Source: Octopus vulgaris (Eukaryota). From it: DNA of 64,000 nt. The first letter of the stretch is position 1; every line of letters begins with the position of its first letter. The stretch is taken from NCBI GenBank assembly GCA_951406725.2, contig OX597838.1:4588001-4652000 (forward strand), read 5' to 3'. The notes beneath the pieces are model-generated. The model worked only from the letters and a program-made list of their open reading frames with translations. It did not search any database and was not told the origin of the DNA. Both the position numbers and the translations under genes were made by a program. Positions 29,780 through 42,462 of this stretch are shown one piece after another.

Positions 29780-29910
29780 CTTTCTGTAGAAGAGCGTAGG
29801 CTCGAAACGTAAAAGACTTTTTCTATTCCTGAGCGTTATACTAATACATGTGTTTGTTTTGTACACCACCTATCTTCGTCTTTTGTTGTTTTTTTCGTTA
29901 ACTCTCCCTA
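29780..29910 (+). mobile_element. Penelope pseudo-LTR-like short repeat with hammerhead-like motif (29780-29815)
   Basis: CTTT-CTGTAGA-A-GAGC-GTAG-GCTC-GAAAC-GTA-AAAG has type-I hammerhead topology with A6 replaced by U. The downstream sequence is homologous to the reverse complement of 21523-21645. Confidence 0.65.
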
Positions 29911-29949
29911 TATATATATATATATATATATGTTTATTTATATGTATCA

Positions 29950-30009
<60 letters not shown>

Positions 30010-30469
30010 ATATTGATGCAAATGTACATTTAAAAGTTTTTCTAGTTTCCTTGCGGAAATCACACATACTGTTCAAACATTTAATATTCCTGGCATTATT
30101 TACACAATTACAAAAAAAAAAAATACAAAAAAAAAACTTGAATCCTTTCCCACTCCCGAACTAATCCATCCATGGCACACCCCGTGTAATCGTTTGATGA
30201 TAAAGCTTGAGGCTGCAACAGATTATATAAAAAAGAATTGACCAAAAAACATGAAATAAAAATTGAAACGAAACGAAACTCTGACCGAATAGATAATCAA
30301 ACTTACTATATATATTTTTTCTCTTTAGCCAAATGATACTGCAGAAAAATCGAAGTGATTGATTTTGTAATATCAAAATCTATGTTTGTATACGGGTGTG
30401 TGTCACTGTTTCTGTATTTGTACGCTTATATTTGCATGGGTGGATAATTGTAGTTATACATATGTGTGT

Positions 30470-30504
<35 letters not shown>

Positions 30505-30629
30505 CTCACACTTACACACGTACATGCGCGCGAATACACACACAAGTATATCCGTGATTGTGTGTGTGTAAATCTGTGTCTATAGGTAGGATTAAATGTA
30601 TATATATATATATGTATATATACACACAC

Positions 30630-30674
<45 letters not shown>

Positions 30675-30675
30675 C

Positions 30676-30739
<64 letters not shown>

Positions 30740-30863
30740 TTATACATGAATATGTATATATATATTATATATGAATATATATTATACATGTACATATATA
30801 TTTATATATGTATACATATATATATATTTATACATCTATATATACTTATACATGTATATATAT

Positions 30864-30899
<36 letters not shown>

Positions 30900-31343
30900 T
30901 ATACATGTATATATATTTATACACGTATACATATATATTCTAGTATACATACACAGGCACAGACAAGCCCACTCACATATATACGTGCCTATGTGAGCTG
31001 ATAGACAAACATGAATGCCCGGCCACAAAGGCAGCGATTTACATATGTATGTGTATACACATATGCTTACGATGCTTACTCACAAACGCAAGCATCCGCG
31101 CACACAACACACACACATATACACAGATATAATGGAAAATCTGGGCTAAACTTGACGATATTTATGTCTCCTTTTGTGAAGACACCCTTGAGTTAGTGGC
31201 TATCAGTCAACAGCGTTGGAGAGCTGAACGAATGAGGTTGTAGCTGAGAAAAAATTAGCCTTGAGTGACTAGAATCCATCTGGATATTGGGAAAGGTTTA
31301 CTTGTATTTCAACTCGCTTGCCATCCTGACACGAAGTGCATAA

Positions 31344-31965
31344 GGCGGCGAGCTGGCAGAAACGTTAGCACGCTGGGCGAAATGCTTATTGGTATTTCGT
31401 CTGTCTCTACGTTCTGAGTTCAAATTCCACTGAGGTCGACTCTGAATTTTATCCCCTCTGTATTTAGCCCCTTGTGGGTAGTAAAGAAATAGGTATTTCG
31501 TCTAGCTTTACGTTCTGAGTTCAAATTCCGCTGAGGTCGACTCTGCATTTTATCCCCTATATATTTAGCCCCTTGTGGGTAGTAAAGAAATAGGTATTTC
31601 GTCTAGCGTTACGTTCTGTGTTCAAATTCCGCTGTGGTCGACTTTGCCTTTCATCTTTTCGGGGTCGATAAATTAAGTACCAGATACGCACTGGGGTCGA
31701 TGTAATCGACTTAATCCCTTTGTCTGTCCTTGTTTGTCCCCTCTATGTTTAGCCCCTTATGGGCAATAAAAAAAAGGTTTACCTGTATCATGGTGATTCG
31801 CATCAGGTGTGAAAATGTCAACGTCATGGCTGCCGATGAATGCTCTGTGAACACTGTAAATGCTGTAAAAGTGATAGGGACAGCCGGGCGAAATGCTTAG
31901 CGGTATTTCGTCTGTCTTTACGTTCTGAGTTCAAATTCCGCCGGGGTTGACTTTGCCTTTCATCT
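31344..31965 (+). mobile_element. SINE family A array (two internally deleted 101-bp units plus one full body) and an adjacent partial copy
   Basis: GGTATTTCGTCT restarts at 31391, 31492 and 31593. Partial copy at 31882-31965. Confidence 0.85.
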
Positions 31966-31974
31966 TATCTATAT

Positions 31975-32436
31975 GTCTGTCTGTCTATGTATTTATCAAT
32001 CCACCAAGCATCTAGTAGTCTGTCTCTCTCTATATATGTATATGCGTGACTGTGTATGTACATATTTATATGTGTGTATACATTCGCATAGCTTACATGC
32101 AAAGATTAATACAGGCATATACATACACACATACATGTACTCATCATTTCATTGTCCCTTTTAAAAGGATTTCAACTGAATAATAATAATAATAGTAATA
32201 GAAGGCCAGTCCCTGTCGGCAATTATACGCAGACAGACAAAACGGTTCTTTTGTTGTATTTCAGATTTGGAATTAACGAACGGTGGCGATGATTTGAGGG
32301 CAGGATTCTTCTTACCCTGCGCCTCTACCAGGAACCCTTGAACCGTTCTCCTATTCATTTGAATGGCAATTAAGTTTCAGATAAAGCCAGCATTCACTGT
32401 TTTATGTTCGAATCTTTGCATCGTTTTTTCGCTGTA
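31975..32436 (+). repeat. Local direct duplication, copy 1 (copy 2 at ~35655-36288)
   Basis: Near-identical unique sequence (AGAAGGCCAGTCCCTGTCGGCAATTATACGCAGAC...AATCTTTGCA.CGTTTTT) ~3.7 kb apart. Confidence 0.9.
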
Positions 32437-32802
32437 GTTTATTTTATTTCAAATTGTTTACGATTTTGGTATTTAAAATTCTGATGAACAAACGGAAGAA
32501 TATATCAACTTTTTTCCTTTATTTCAGTCACTGGGAGACTGCGGTCATGCTTGGGCACCGACTTACCCAGTATTTCATTTAAAGCCTGGTTCGAATTCTA
32601 TCAGCTCCTTGGCCGAACTGCTAAGTTACGGGGTGTAAACAAACCAACATTGGTTGTAAAGTAGTGGTGAGGGACAAGCACATAAACCTTAGTTCAGCCT
32701 GGGGTTACAATAGAAGACACACTGTGGGACTAAACCCGAGGTAAAATGGTTAGGAGGTCACAATTAATCCACTATTAATTAGTCTGATGTTAATTTAATT
32801 AT

Positions 32803-32926
32803 CGCCTCATGGTTAGATGAGGCTTTCAAAAATAAGTCTATAGACTCATTAAATGTTCCTCCCCACGGAAATCTTTAGTAAAAGGCGAAAGATTTATCCG
32901 CTCTGGGTGAGGAGAAACCAGAGTTA
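32803..32926 (-). ncRNA. U5: U5 spliceosomal snRNA (full length)
   Basis: Minus strand reads TAACTCTGGTTTCTCCTCACCCAGAGCGGATAAATCTTTCGCCTTTTACTAAAGATTTCCGTGGGGAGGAACATTTAATGAGTCTATAGACTTATTTTTGAAAGCCTCATCTAACCATGAGGCG. Invariant loop 1 GCCTTTTAC (plus 32878-32886) is closed by AATCTTT/AAAGATT. Also present: stem TTTCTCCTCA/TGGGGAGGAA, Sm site ATTTTTG (32827-32833) and 3' hairpin GCCTCAT/ATGAGGC (32804-32823). Confidence 0.95.
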
Positions 32927-33239
32927 ATTGACAAACAATTTGACATTCAGTATTATACAAAATATCTGAATAAACAAACACTGATTCACAAATACAAATT
33001 AATGCTTTTAATTAATTCTCTTCTGTACAAATTTTAAATATTTTTAAATTTAAATAATCATCACGTTATAATAAATATTGTGTATTATATGTCATAAGTA
33101 GATATTTAGATTTTAATTAAATAAAACTAAATTTATTTATATCTATCAGTGATGTTTATAAGCGACCTTCACCTTGATAACAATTGCTGATTTTTACTCC
33201 CTTCTAAAACCACATGTTTAACAAAAGAAACGAATTCGT

Positions 33240-33460
33240 GGCTATGTGAGGCTTGTACGTAGTCGCTTTGTATGCTAGAAATAGCAGCCAAATATCCCTC
33301 AAATCATACAGGCAGTCTTTTAAAAACGATTAAGGACACACTGGATAACGTAGATTTATATAATCTGTTAGAAAAATACAAAAAAAATACGAGATAGTCA
33401 CGCCTGGAATGCCTTTTGCTCAGTGTTCTACTTGATCAGGGCTCACTGGGAATTAAAAAC
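33240..33460 (+). repeat. Old dispersed repeat family E; related fragments at ~5310-5400, 11395-11570, 14460-14520, 55920-56080 and 33640-33720 (-)
   Basis: Recurrent CTAGAAATA(G/A)CAGC..AAAT.TC..TCAAATC...TTAAAA...GGACA..TTGGAT motif string. Confidence 0.6.
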
Positions 33461-33834
33461 GAAGACAACCTTTTACAGTAGTTAGGGTCACTATTCATGA
33501 AATATAACGACCGTTGCTGTTTAGCCACGGATCGATATTGATTGAATAAATGTATGAGCAAAATTCTTTCAATCGGGTTTTATTTTTTTATTCAATTGTT
33601 GCTCTTTTATTTTTGTATACTTTGGACTACATAATGCTGTGTTCTTTTTAATCCTAATTGGTCGAGCAAACTGACTGCTATTTCTAGCAGATCGAGCTAC
33701 CATATAAAGGCTCTCACAGCTGGATCGCGAACGCAGTTGTTTCGTTTCTCATATCCAGATGTATGATGAAAGAAGTTCGTGAGTTATGTGCATGCACCCG
33801 GGAAGGGGGTGGGGGGGGTTCCATACGTGTACGT

Positions 33835-34252
33835 AAGGCGGCGAGCTGGCAGAAACGTTAGCACGCTGGGCGAATTGCTTAGCAGTATTTCGTCTGCCGT
33901 TACGTTCTGGGTTCAAATTCCGCCGAGGTCGACTTTGCCTTTCATTCTTTCGGGGTCGATAAATTAAGTACAAGATACGTACTGGCATCGATGTAATCGA
34001 CTTAATACTTTTGTCTGTCCTTGTTTGTCCCCTCTATGATTAGCCTCTTGTGGGCAATAAAGAAATAAGAAACGTTAGCACGCCGGGTAAAATGGTTAGC
34101 GGTATTTCGTCTGTATTTACGTTCTGAGTTCAAATTCTGCCGAGGTTGACTCTGCCTTTCATCCTTTCGGGGTCGATAAACTAATAACCAACTAATCGAG
34201 TAGCTCCCTCCCCTACAAAAAAATTGGAGCCTTATGCCTGGAGTGGAAAGGA
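33835..34252 (+). mobile_element. SINE family A dimer
   Basis: The second unit restarts at AAGAAACGTTAGCACG (~34067) and carries the alternative tail. Confidence 0.85.
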
Positions 34253-34640
34253 TTTTTTCCCCTTTTTATTCGGCAATATATGATTCAGTTTCCTTTAATT
34301 CTTAACAAACCAGTTTGCGATTCATGAGACCAATTATGTTTGAGCATTTATCTGTTTCAGTCATTGCATTGCGGCCATGCCGGAGCGCCACCTTCAAGGG
34401 TTTTACTCGAACAAATCGCCCCCATCAATTTTTTGAAGCATGTTAATTATTTACTTATTCTGTTGATTACTTTTCCCAGACTGCTAGTTAACAGGGACGT
34501 AAACTAACCAATACCGGCCGTTAAGCGATGATTGTCGAGAAACACAAGCAGAAAGGCACACACACACACGCATACACACATATAAAAAAATATATATACA
34601 TAGATACACGCGTGGATACATACATACATACATACATACA

Positions 34641-34673
<33 letters not shown>

Positions 34674-34682
34674 TTATATATA

Positions 34683-34818
34683 TTTCTTTACTGCCCACAA
34701 GGGGATAAACATAGAGGGGACAAACAAGGATAGACAAAGGGATTAAGTCGATTACATCGACCGCAGTGCGAAACTGGTACTTTATTTATCGACACCGAAA
34801 GGATGAAAGGCAAAGTCG

Positions 34819-34820
<2 letters not shown>
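34683..34820 (-). mobile_element. 5'-truncated SINE family A
   Basis: TTTCTTTACTGCCCACAAGGGG...GAAAGGATGAAAGGCAAAGTCGAC. Confidence 0.8.
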
Positions 34821-34866
<46 letters not shown>

Positions 34867-34889
34867 CATACATACATACATACATATGT

Positions 34890-34940
<51 letters not shown>

Positions 34941-35593
34941 CACACACGCATAGGCTACGGGTTTCGCTTAGTTTCTGTCTACCACGTCACAAAGCTTTGG
35001 TGGAGCTATGGTAGAAAATCCACGCCGAATTTGTACCGCGTATTGGGATTGAAATCAAGACCAAACTGCTGGTATCTTTGGTGATCATCTCGATGTTCTT
35101 TTGCCATTGTAAACGGACGCTGGCCTAAAGAGCAATGATAAGATTATAAAATGGTTGAGCAGGTATTCAAAATATTCACCTTTGACCTTCGCAAGAATTT
35201 AGATAAAATCACGGCTATTTATAGACATCCATTCTTTATCTTAGACAGGAAGTGACTTACCTTGTGTGAAAGAGCTTACATACATACATATATACATATA
35301 TATACATACATGCATACATACATATATACATGCACACAAGCATACATACACATGCAGACATACATGTATACATATAGACATACAAAAGCGCACGCGCACA
35401 CACAGAGACATATATATATATATAGATAGATTAGTATTCGTGTTGGTACTTGTACGTATTTCTATGTATTCAGAGAGACACAAGTATGTACCTGTATGTA
35501 TTATGCATATGTGTTTCTGTGTGTTTGTGTATGTGAGTGTGTGTGTATATATATATACATATATATATATACATACATACACGTAATAAAACA

Positions 35594-35654
<61 letters not shown>

Positions 35655-35664
<10 letters not shown>

Positions 35665-35790
35665 TTATTTATCAATCCAACCATGCATCTAGTAGTCTGT
35701 CTGTTTGTCTGTGTGTGTGTGTGTGTGTATGTGTGTCTGTCTGTCTCTCTCTATATATGCATATGCGTGACTGTGTATATACATACATAC

Positions 35791-35850
<60 letters not shown>

Positions 35851-36288
35851 GAAATATTAAAATTACTAAGTCTCTATATGTATGTATGTATGTGTGTGTG
35901 TGTATACATTCGCATAGCTTACATGCGAAGATTAATACAAGCATATACACACATACATGCACTCATTATTTCATTGTCCCTCTCAAAAGGATTTCAACTG
36001 AATAATAATAATAACAATAATGATGATGATGATGATGATAATAATAGTAATAGAAGGCCAGTCCCTGTCGGCAATTATACGCAGACAGACAAAACGGTTC
36101 TTTTGTTGTATTTCAGATTTGGAATTAACGGACGGTGGCGATGATTTGAGGGCAGGATTCTTCTTACCCTGCACCTCTGCCAGGAACCCTTGAACCGTTC
36201 TCCTATTCATTTGAATGGCAATTAAGTTTCAGATAAAGCCAGCATTCACTGTTTTATGTTCGAATCTTTGCACCGTTTTTCTCGCTGT
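35655..36288 (+). repeat. Local direct duplication, copy 2
   Basis: As copy 1 but with longer (GT)n, (TA)n and (AAT/GAT)n tracts. Confidence 0.9.
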
Positions 36289-36647
36289 ATTTTGATGATT
36301 GTCCGTGCAGACAACACACGAAGGAATGAGGACAATTGCGAAACGGGATTATGGCCACAGCGCTTAGATACCTCCGTTACAGTCAGCCATATCTGTATGA
36401 TTATATCGATGTCTAGTTATAAAGTCTCAAGAAAAGATAGAGTAGTGACGTATATTTAATAGGAAAACGAGTTGCCGCAACGAAGTGGCAGCTGAATGCT
36501 ATTACTAGTTTAACCCCAGGCGGATTCTACGCGAGCTGGTTATCGGTGCAGCGCTCTGCACCCTTTATATACAACATATCGCTAACAGGAGCGACAACTA
36601 CTACCCTCCAGCAGCTAACTGGTGTGGTGATGGTGGGTGTTATTTTT

Positions 36648-36886
36648 TCATTCGTGTTTTCTGTTGAGGCTCGGTCTGTCTATTGCCATGTGTGTAGCTT
36701 CCGTTATCTAAGTGTCACATCAGTTCTATGCGTTGATAATACCTTAACCTCCATGTTATCAACCAAGCCTCCATGTTATGCTTCATCTAACAGGCGTTTC
36801 TTCTTTTTGAGCTCCCGCCAGTGTTCGTCTATACGCTTCCCTATACTGTGCGCTGTCTCTCCAATATCTTGTTTCTGCACATAGCA
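36648..36886 (-). pseudogene. Penelope-like element GIY-YIG endonuclease remnant (different lineage, tentatively Neptune-like)
   Basis: Minus strand gives IGETAHSIGKRIDEHWRELKKKK...HGGLVDNMEVKVLSTHRTDVTLR / TEATHMAIDRPSLNRKHE* with a stop and a frameshift. This matches the YIGET.R....R..EH ... LR..EA.......LN.K.E pattern. Confidence 0.75.
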
Positions 36887-36947
36887 ATAAACAGACCGAA
36901 TGTGTATTTATTTGACCCCAAGAAAATGGACGATAAATTACGTATCA

Positions 36948-37240
36948 TTTACGCACTGGGGTCGATGTAATCGAATTAATCCCTTTGTCTGTCTTTGTTT
37001 GTCCCCTCTATGTTTAGCCCCTTGTGGGCAATAAAGAAGTAAGAAAAGTTAGCACGCCGGGCAAAATGCTTTGCGGTATTTTGCCTGCCGTTACGTTCTG
37101 AGTTCAAATTCCGCCGAGGTCGACTTTGCCTTTCATCCTATCGGGGTCGATAAATTAAGTGCCAGTTGCGTACTGTGGTCGATCTAATTACCTGGCTGCC
37201 TCCCCCAAAATTTCGGGCCTTGTGCCTAGAGTAGAAAAGT
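36948..37240 (+). mobile_element. SINE family A dimer (partial first unit)
   Basis: Tail 1, then a restart at AAGAAAAGTTAGCACGCCGGGC, then tail 2. Confidence 0.85.
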
Positions 37241-37758
37241 ATTTGGCAAGTTTTCTCTTACGGGTTTCCTACTTGTGGCCCACCCAAGCCACAAAAGATT
37301 CACTGAATAAAATGCCTTAATAGTCACGTGTGAAATTAAAAATAGCTACTTCACGTAGTTCCAAGAAAAACCACACAAGATACCGGTTCCAGAAATGGGT
37401 AAAATTTATTTCTGGTAATGTAGAAGTTCTTTGAAACCAAAATATTTAACACCTAACTGCAACAATTGGTGTCTAGCGAAGCGGTACATGTTGTTAATGG
37501 CTTTTAACGAAAGCAAAGTAGGAAAATATATGAAATGAAAATATGGAAAACAATAGAGGCAAGAAAAAAAAAGAGGCGGGAGATTGAGTGCATTTTCATT
37601 TGGGAATCTTGAAGGGAGAGACAATATGTAATGAAATGTATGGATGCAAATGCATGTAAAAATAAACACACGGATACATCCACAGATATACACACATATA
37701 TACTCAAATATATGTAGTCATATGTGAGTACGCACATACACTTATATATACATATATT

Positions 37759-37796
<38 letters not shown>

Positions 37797-37832
37797 CATA
37801 TACATATATACACATTTTGCATATATACACAC

Positions 37833-37900
<68 letters not shown>

Positions 37901-37984
37901 GATAGATAGATAGGTATATATACGTACATTTTAAGAAAAACAGAGACGCTAAAAGTGTATTTATGCATATACTAACATCACCCC

Positions 37985-38052
<68 letters not shown>

Positions 38053-38180
38053 TATATTAATATTAATGCATAAATATAAATTTAGATATATATATGTGTG
38101 TGTGTATATACACATGCATGCATGCTCGACTTACATATCTTAAAACCAAAATACATCTATATATAAGAAAATAGTATATG

Positions 38181-38235
<55 letters not shown>

Positions 38236-39032
38236 GTATGTATGCATACATATGCATGCATACGAAAGTACATATACATATATATACATATAAATGTATA
38301 GACGTTTGTCTGTACGTTTGTATGAACTTACATACTTACACAAACCTGCATGCAAATTTGCGAATATTTATATATAGAGTTGTCTCATCTTCTAATCAAA
38401 TTTTATTCCCATGTACATAAGTACGCATACATTGACATTTCTTCATTTTAATACATACATGCATACATACATACACACTCAAACGCGCGCACGCACACAC
38501 ACACATACACATGTGTATATAAATATGATACACTTTTTTTTAATCTTGTTGCCCTTTCCTCCATTATGTTGATGGGACATTAACTTCGCTACAATGTCGG
38601 ATCAAGTGAAATGCCTTTGTTTTGTAGTTACCCAATTATGTTATGAGTACAAAAGACAAAACAAAAAAATAATTAAATATAGAATATAAACAAAACTAGT
38701 TTATTAGCAGAATATGAAAATAGGCAGGAAAGAAAAACATAAATATAATAAAGACAACATAAAAATACATAGATACATATCCATAGATACACACTCACAC
38801 ACACACACACATATATATATTTATATATATAAAAACACATAAATACAAACAAATTTATATATATATACACACACATATATATATACATATACATACATAT
38901 ATATATATATATGCATATATATACATATATATATATACATCTATTTGCATGTATTTATATATATGTAATTGCATGTATATATATACATATACATATATAC
39001 ATACGTATATATATATATATAAATGTGTGTAT

Positions 39033-39087
<55 letters not shown>

Positions 39088-39496
39088 AACATTTATATAT
39101 ATATATGCATATATACATACATAACGTATTATCTGGTGCTTGTGCCGGGGCTGTGTGCGTATGTGTGGAATATTTTGTTAAATGCGTGCATACTTTCGAA
39201 CAAATTTACTAAACACATACACACACACACACATACACACACACGCACACGCACACACACACATATATGTGTGTGTATGCATACGTGGGAGTACATCGCC
39301 CCGTCTCTCAGTGCGTTCGCATGCACGTGTGTGTCTTCATATGTGATTTTTGTATTTTGGTATATCGCTGTAGTTGTGCGTGAACTCCTGTTTGCCCATT
39401 TTTTTTTATATAATATTTTATATATTTATATAATTATTTACTCATTATGCACTTATTTACTTATTTTCTTCCTTTACTGATTTTTATTTATTCTAT

Positions 39497-39515
39497 TATT
39501 TATTATTATTATTCC

Positions 39516-39607
<92 letters not shown>

Positions 39608-39647
39608 CATAATAATAATATTGATGATGATAATAATAATAATAACA

Positions 39648-39707
<60 letters not shown>

Positions 39708-39763
39708 GTAATAATAATAATAATTATTATTATTATTATTGTTACCGTTATTATTGTTAATAC

Positions 39764-39815
<52 letters not shown>

Positions 39816-39828
39816 GTTATTATTATTA

Positions 39829-39863
<35 letters not shown>

Positions 39864-39865
39864 CA

Positions 39866-39896
<31 letters not shown>

Positions 39897-39997
39897 CATC
39901 ATTGTTGTTGTTATTATTATTAATATTATTATTATTAATATTATTATTATTATTGTTATTATTGTTATTATTTTTATTATTATTATTATTATTATTA

Positions 39998-40068
<71 letters not shown>

Positions 40069-40105
40069 GTTATTATTATTGTTGTTGTTGTTGTTGTTAT
40101 TATTA
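39497..40105. repeat. (TAA)n abutting (TTA)n compound microsatellite
   Basis: Orientation switches at TAATTA (39721-39726). Confidence 0.9.
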
Positions 40106-40575
40106 GTTAATGTATTCGTTTAGTTATTCATGTATAATTTTCTTTTTTGCGAAGTAACAGCGGTGTTGTTCACAGAAATTATATACCATTTATCCGCTGA
40201 TGCGAAGATGCAGGATTAAGTTGACTTTAATCAAACAACAAAAGAAACAACAACAACATCAACAACGACAACAACAACAACAACAACAACCACAACTGCT
40301 GCGACGATGATGAGACAGGCTAAGCGTTGGCAACATCATCTCGACTGCGACTCCTGCTACCACTGTATTATCGATAGCAACAACGATTTTACAAAGCACC
40401 ACTGACCCTCCTTCACTCACTCCCTCCCTCCCACCAATTCTACCATCGCACTTACCAACGTCATCCACCATCACCACAGCCACCACCACCACCAACTACA
40501 ACAACAACAACAACAACAACAACAACACAGCGTCACTCAGTGCGATGTAGTGGAGATATAACAACATCAGTATAA

Positions 40576-40794
40576 TTAGACTACACCAGCACCACCACCA
40601 CCATCATCACCACCACCATCATCATCACCATCGTCATCATCATCATCCACATCATCGTCATCATCATCCTCATCATCATCATCATTACCACCATTACCCT
40701 CACCATCATCCCTACTATCATCATCATCATAATCGCCAACAGCATCATCTTCATCAATTACCTTTATCACCATCACCATCATCATCATCCTCAT

Positions 40795-40830
<36 letters not shown>

Positions 40831-40833
40831 CAT

Positions 40834-40877
<44 letters not shown>

Positions 40878-41240
40878 GCATCATCATCATCATCCCTACA
40901 ATCATCACCGTCATCGTCATTATCGGCATCATCATCGTTATCAGCATCATCATAATCGTCTACAGCATCATCTTTATCCATTACATTTATCACCGTCATC
41001 ATCATCATCACCATCATCCCTATCACCATCAGCGTCAACATTATCATCATCATCATCATCATCATCATTACCTTACCACTATCACCATCAGTGTCATCGT
41101 CATCATTATGGTAATCATCATCATCATCATCATTCATGATCTTCATCATGACTAGAGGCATTACTACCACCAACACCACCACCAACATCATCACCGCCAC
41201 CACCACCACCACCACCACTACCACCACCACCACCAACGCC
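40576..41240. repeat. Degenerate (CAT)n/(CAC)n tract
   Basis: Directly visible, with diverged internal repeats ~222 bp apart. Confidence 0.85.
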
Positions 41241-41519
41241 CTATTAGCAATAACTATATTTGATGTAGCAGTACAAAGGCGACGACGACGACGACGATAA
41301 CAACAAGGAAACAAACAAGTAGACATTAAAATTATTAGCCATCCCCCCCACTACCTCTCCGTCACTCGCGAAAAAATAATCGATTGATCATCAATATAAT
41401 TTTTCGTTCCTCTCGACAGGCTTAGAAAACTCAAACATATCTACGTTGCCAAAGAGACACGAGCAAACGTAGGGAGAGAACAGAATCGGGTCGATTACGC
41501 GCAACCCATGTATATATAA

Positions 41520-41607
<88 letters not shown>

Positions 41608-41618
41608 GTATATGTATA

Positions 41619-41802
41619 GGCGCAGGAGTGGCTGTGTGGTCAGTAACTTGGTTACAAACCACATTATTCCGGGTTCAGTCCCACTGCGTAGCACTTTGGT
41701 TAAATGTCTTCTATTATGGCCTCAGGTCAACCAAGGCCTTTTGAGTAGATTTAGTTGACGGAAACTGAAACAAGCCCGTCATATATATATATATAAGTAT
41801 AA

Positions 41803-41839
<37 letters not shown>

Positions 41840-41975
41840 CATATACATACATACATGCATATATATATATGTAGGTGAAAGTGTGGCCATATGGTTCTTT
41901 GCACAAAGAACCATATGTTGGTGCAAAGCATGGCACTTCGCACAAGTGCCTTGTACTATAGCCTCGGGTGCCAAG
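41619..41975 (+). mobile_element. SINE family B 5' halves (41619-41781 and degenerate 41870-41975)
   Basis: GGCGCAGGAGTGGCTGTGTGG head and ACTATAGCCTCGG centre. Confidence 0.8.
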
Positions 41976-41984
41976 TGAAGCCTT

Positions 41985-42350
41985 AACGGAAGAAATAACA
42001 GATGGTTGTGTGCAGACCCTCCTGAAGTTCCAAGTGTTATACATACAAAGTTTCCTGTAACTGTCATGGTTTTAGGAGTTGTTTGCAATGAAGGATATGT
42101 GATGCCTCCTTACTTCTTTCCACAAAGATTTAGAGTTAATTCTGCCGCCTAAATTGAGGTTCTGGAAATAATTGTTAAATCCTGGATAGACACTGTATGC
42201 AATTCAAGGCCGTATCTGTTTTAGTAAGACTCTGCACTATCACACATGGCTCTATTAATACAGGAATGGATGGATGAAAATTTTCATGATCACCTATCCT
42301 CTAACATTTGGCCTCCTAATTCCCCAGATCTCAATCCATTGGACTATTAC
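41985..42350 (+). pseudogene. maT-family (DD37D) Tc1/mariner transposase fragment
   Basis: RWLCADPPEVPSVIHTKFPVTVMVLGVVCNEGYVMPPYFF...RPYLF**DSALSH...IWPPNSPDLNPLDYY. There are 37 residues between the D of DSALSH and the D of LDY. In-frame stops present. Confidence 0.85.
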
Positions 42351-42462
42351 ACCACCGCTTGACAACCGGTATTGGTATGTTTCCGCTCTTGTATATTAGC
42401 GATTCGGGAAAAATAGTACTGGTGCCCTAGCATGGCTGCAGTCTAACGACTGAAAGAGAAAA

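Noticed and set aside
36137-36190. Hairpin preceded by ATGA as a SECIS element
   Set aside because: It lacks the apical AA and a correctly placed GA quartet partner.
36291-36350. TTGATGA-TTGTCC...GGACAA-TTGC-GAAAC as a hammerhead near the PLE relic
   Set aside because: C3 is substituted, stem II is out of register with GAAA and no stem I can be drawn. At best a decayed relic.
40754-41326. Asp-rich minus-strand ORF resembling acidic biomineralisation proteins
   Set aside because: It is a (CAT)n tract read as GAT. Other frames are equally open and there is no credible N-terminus.
41420-41468. Possible micro-exon (pyrimidine tract-[25 protein letters not shown])
   Set aside because: Weak donor site, no partner exons and no recognisable protein.
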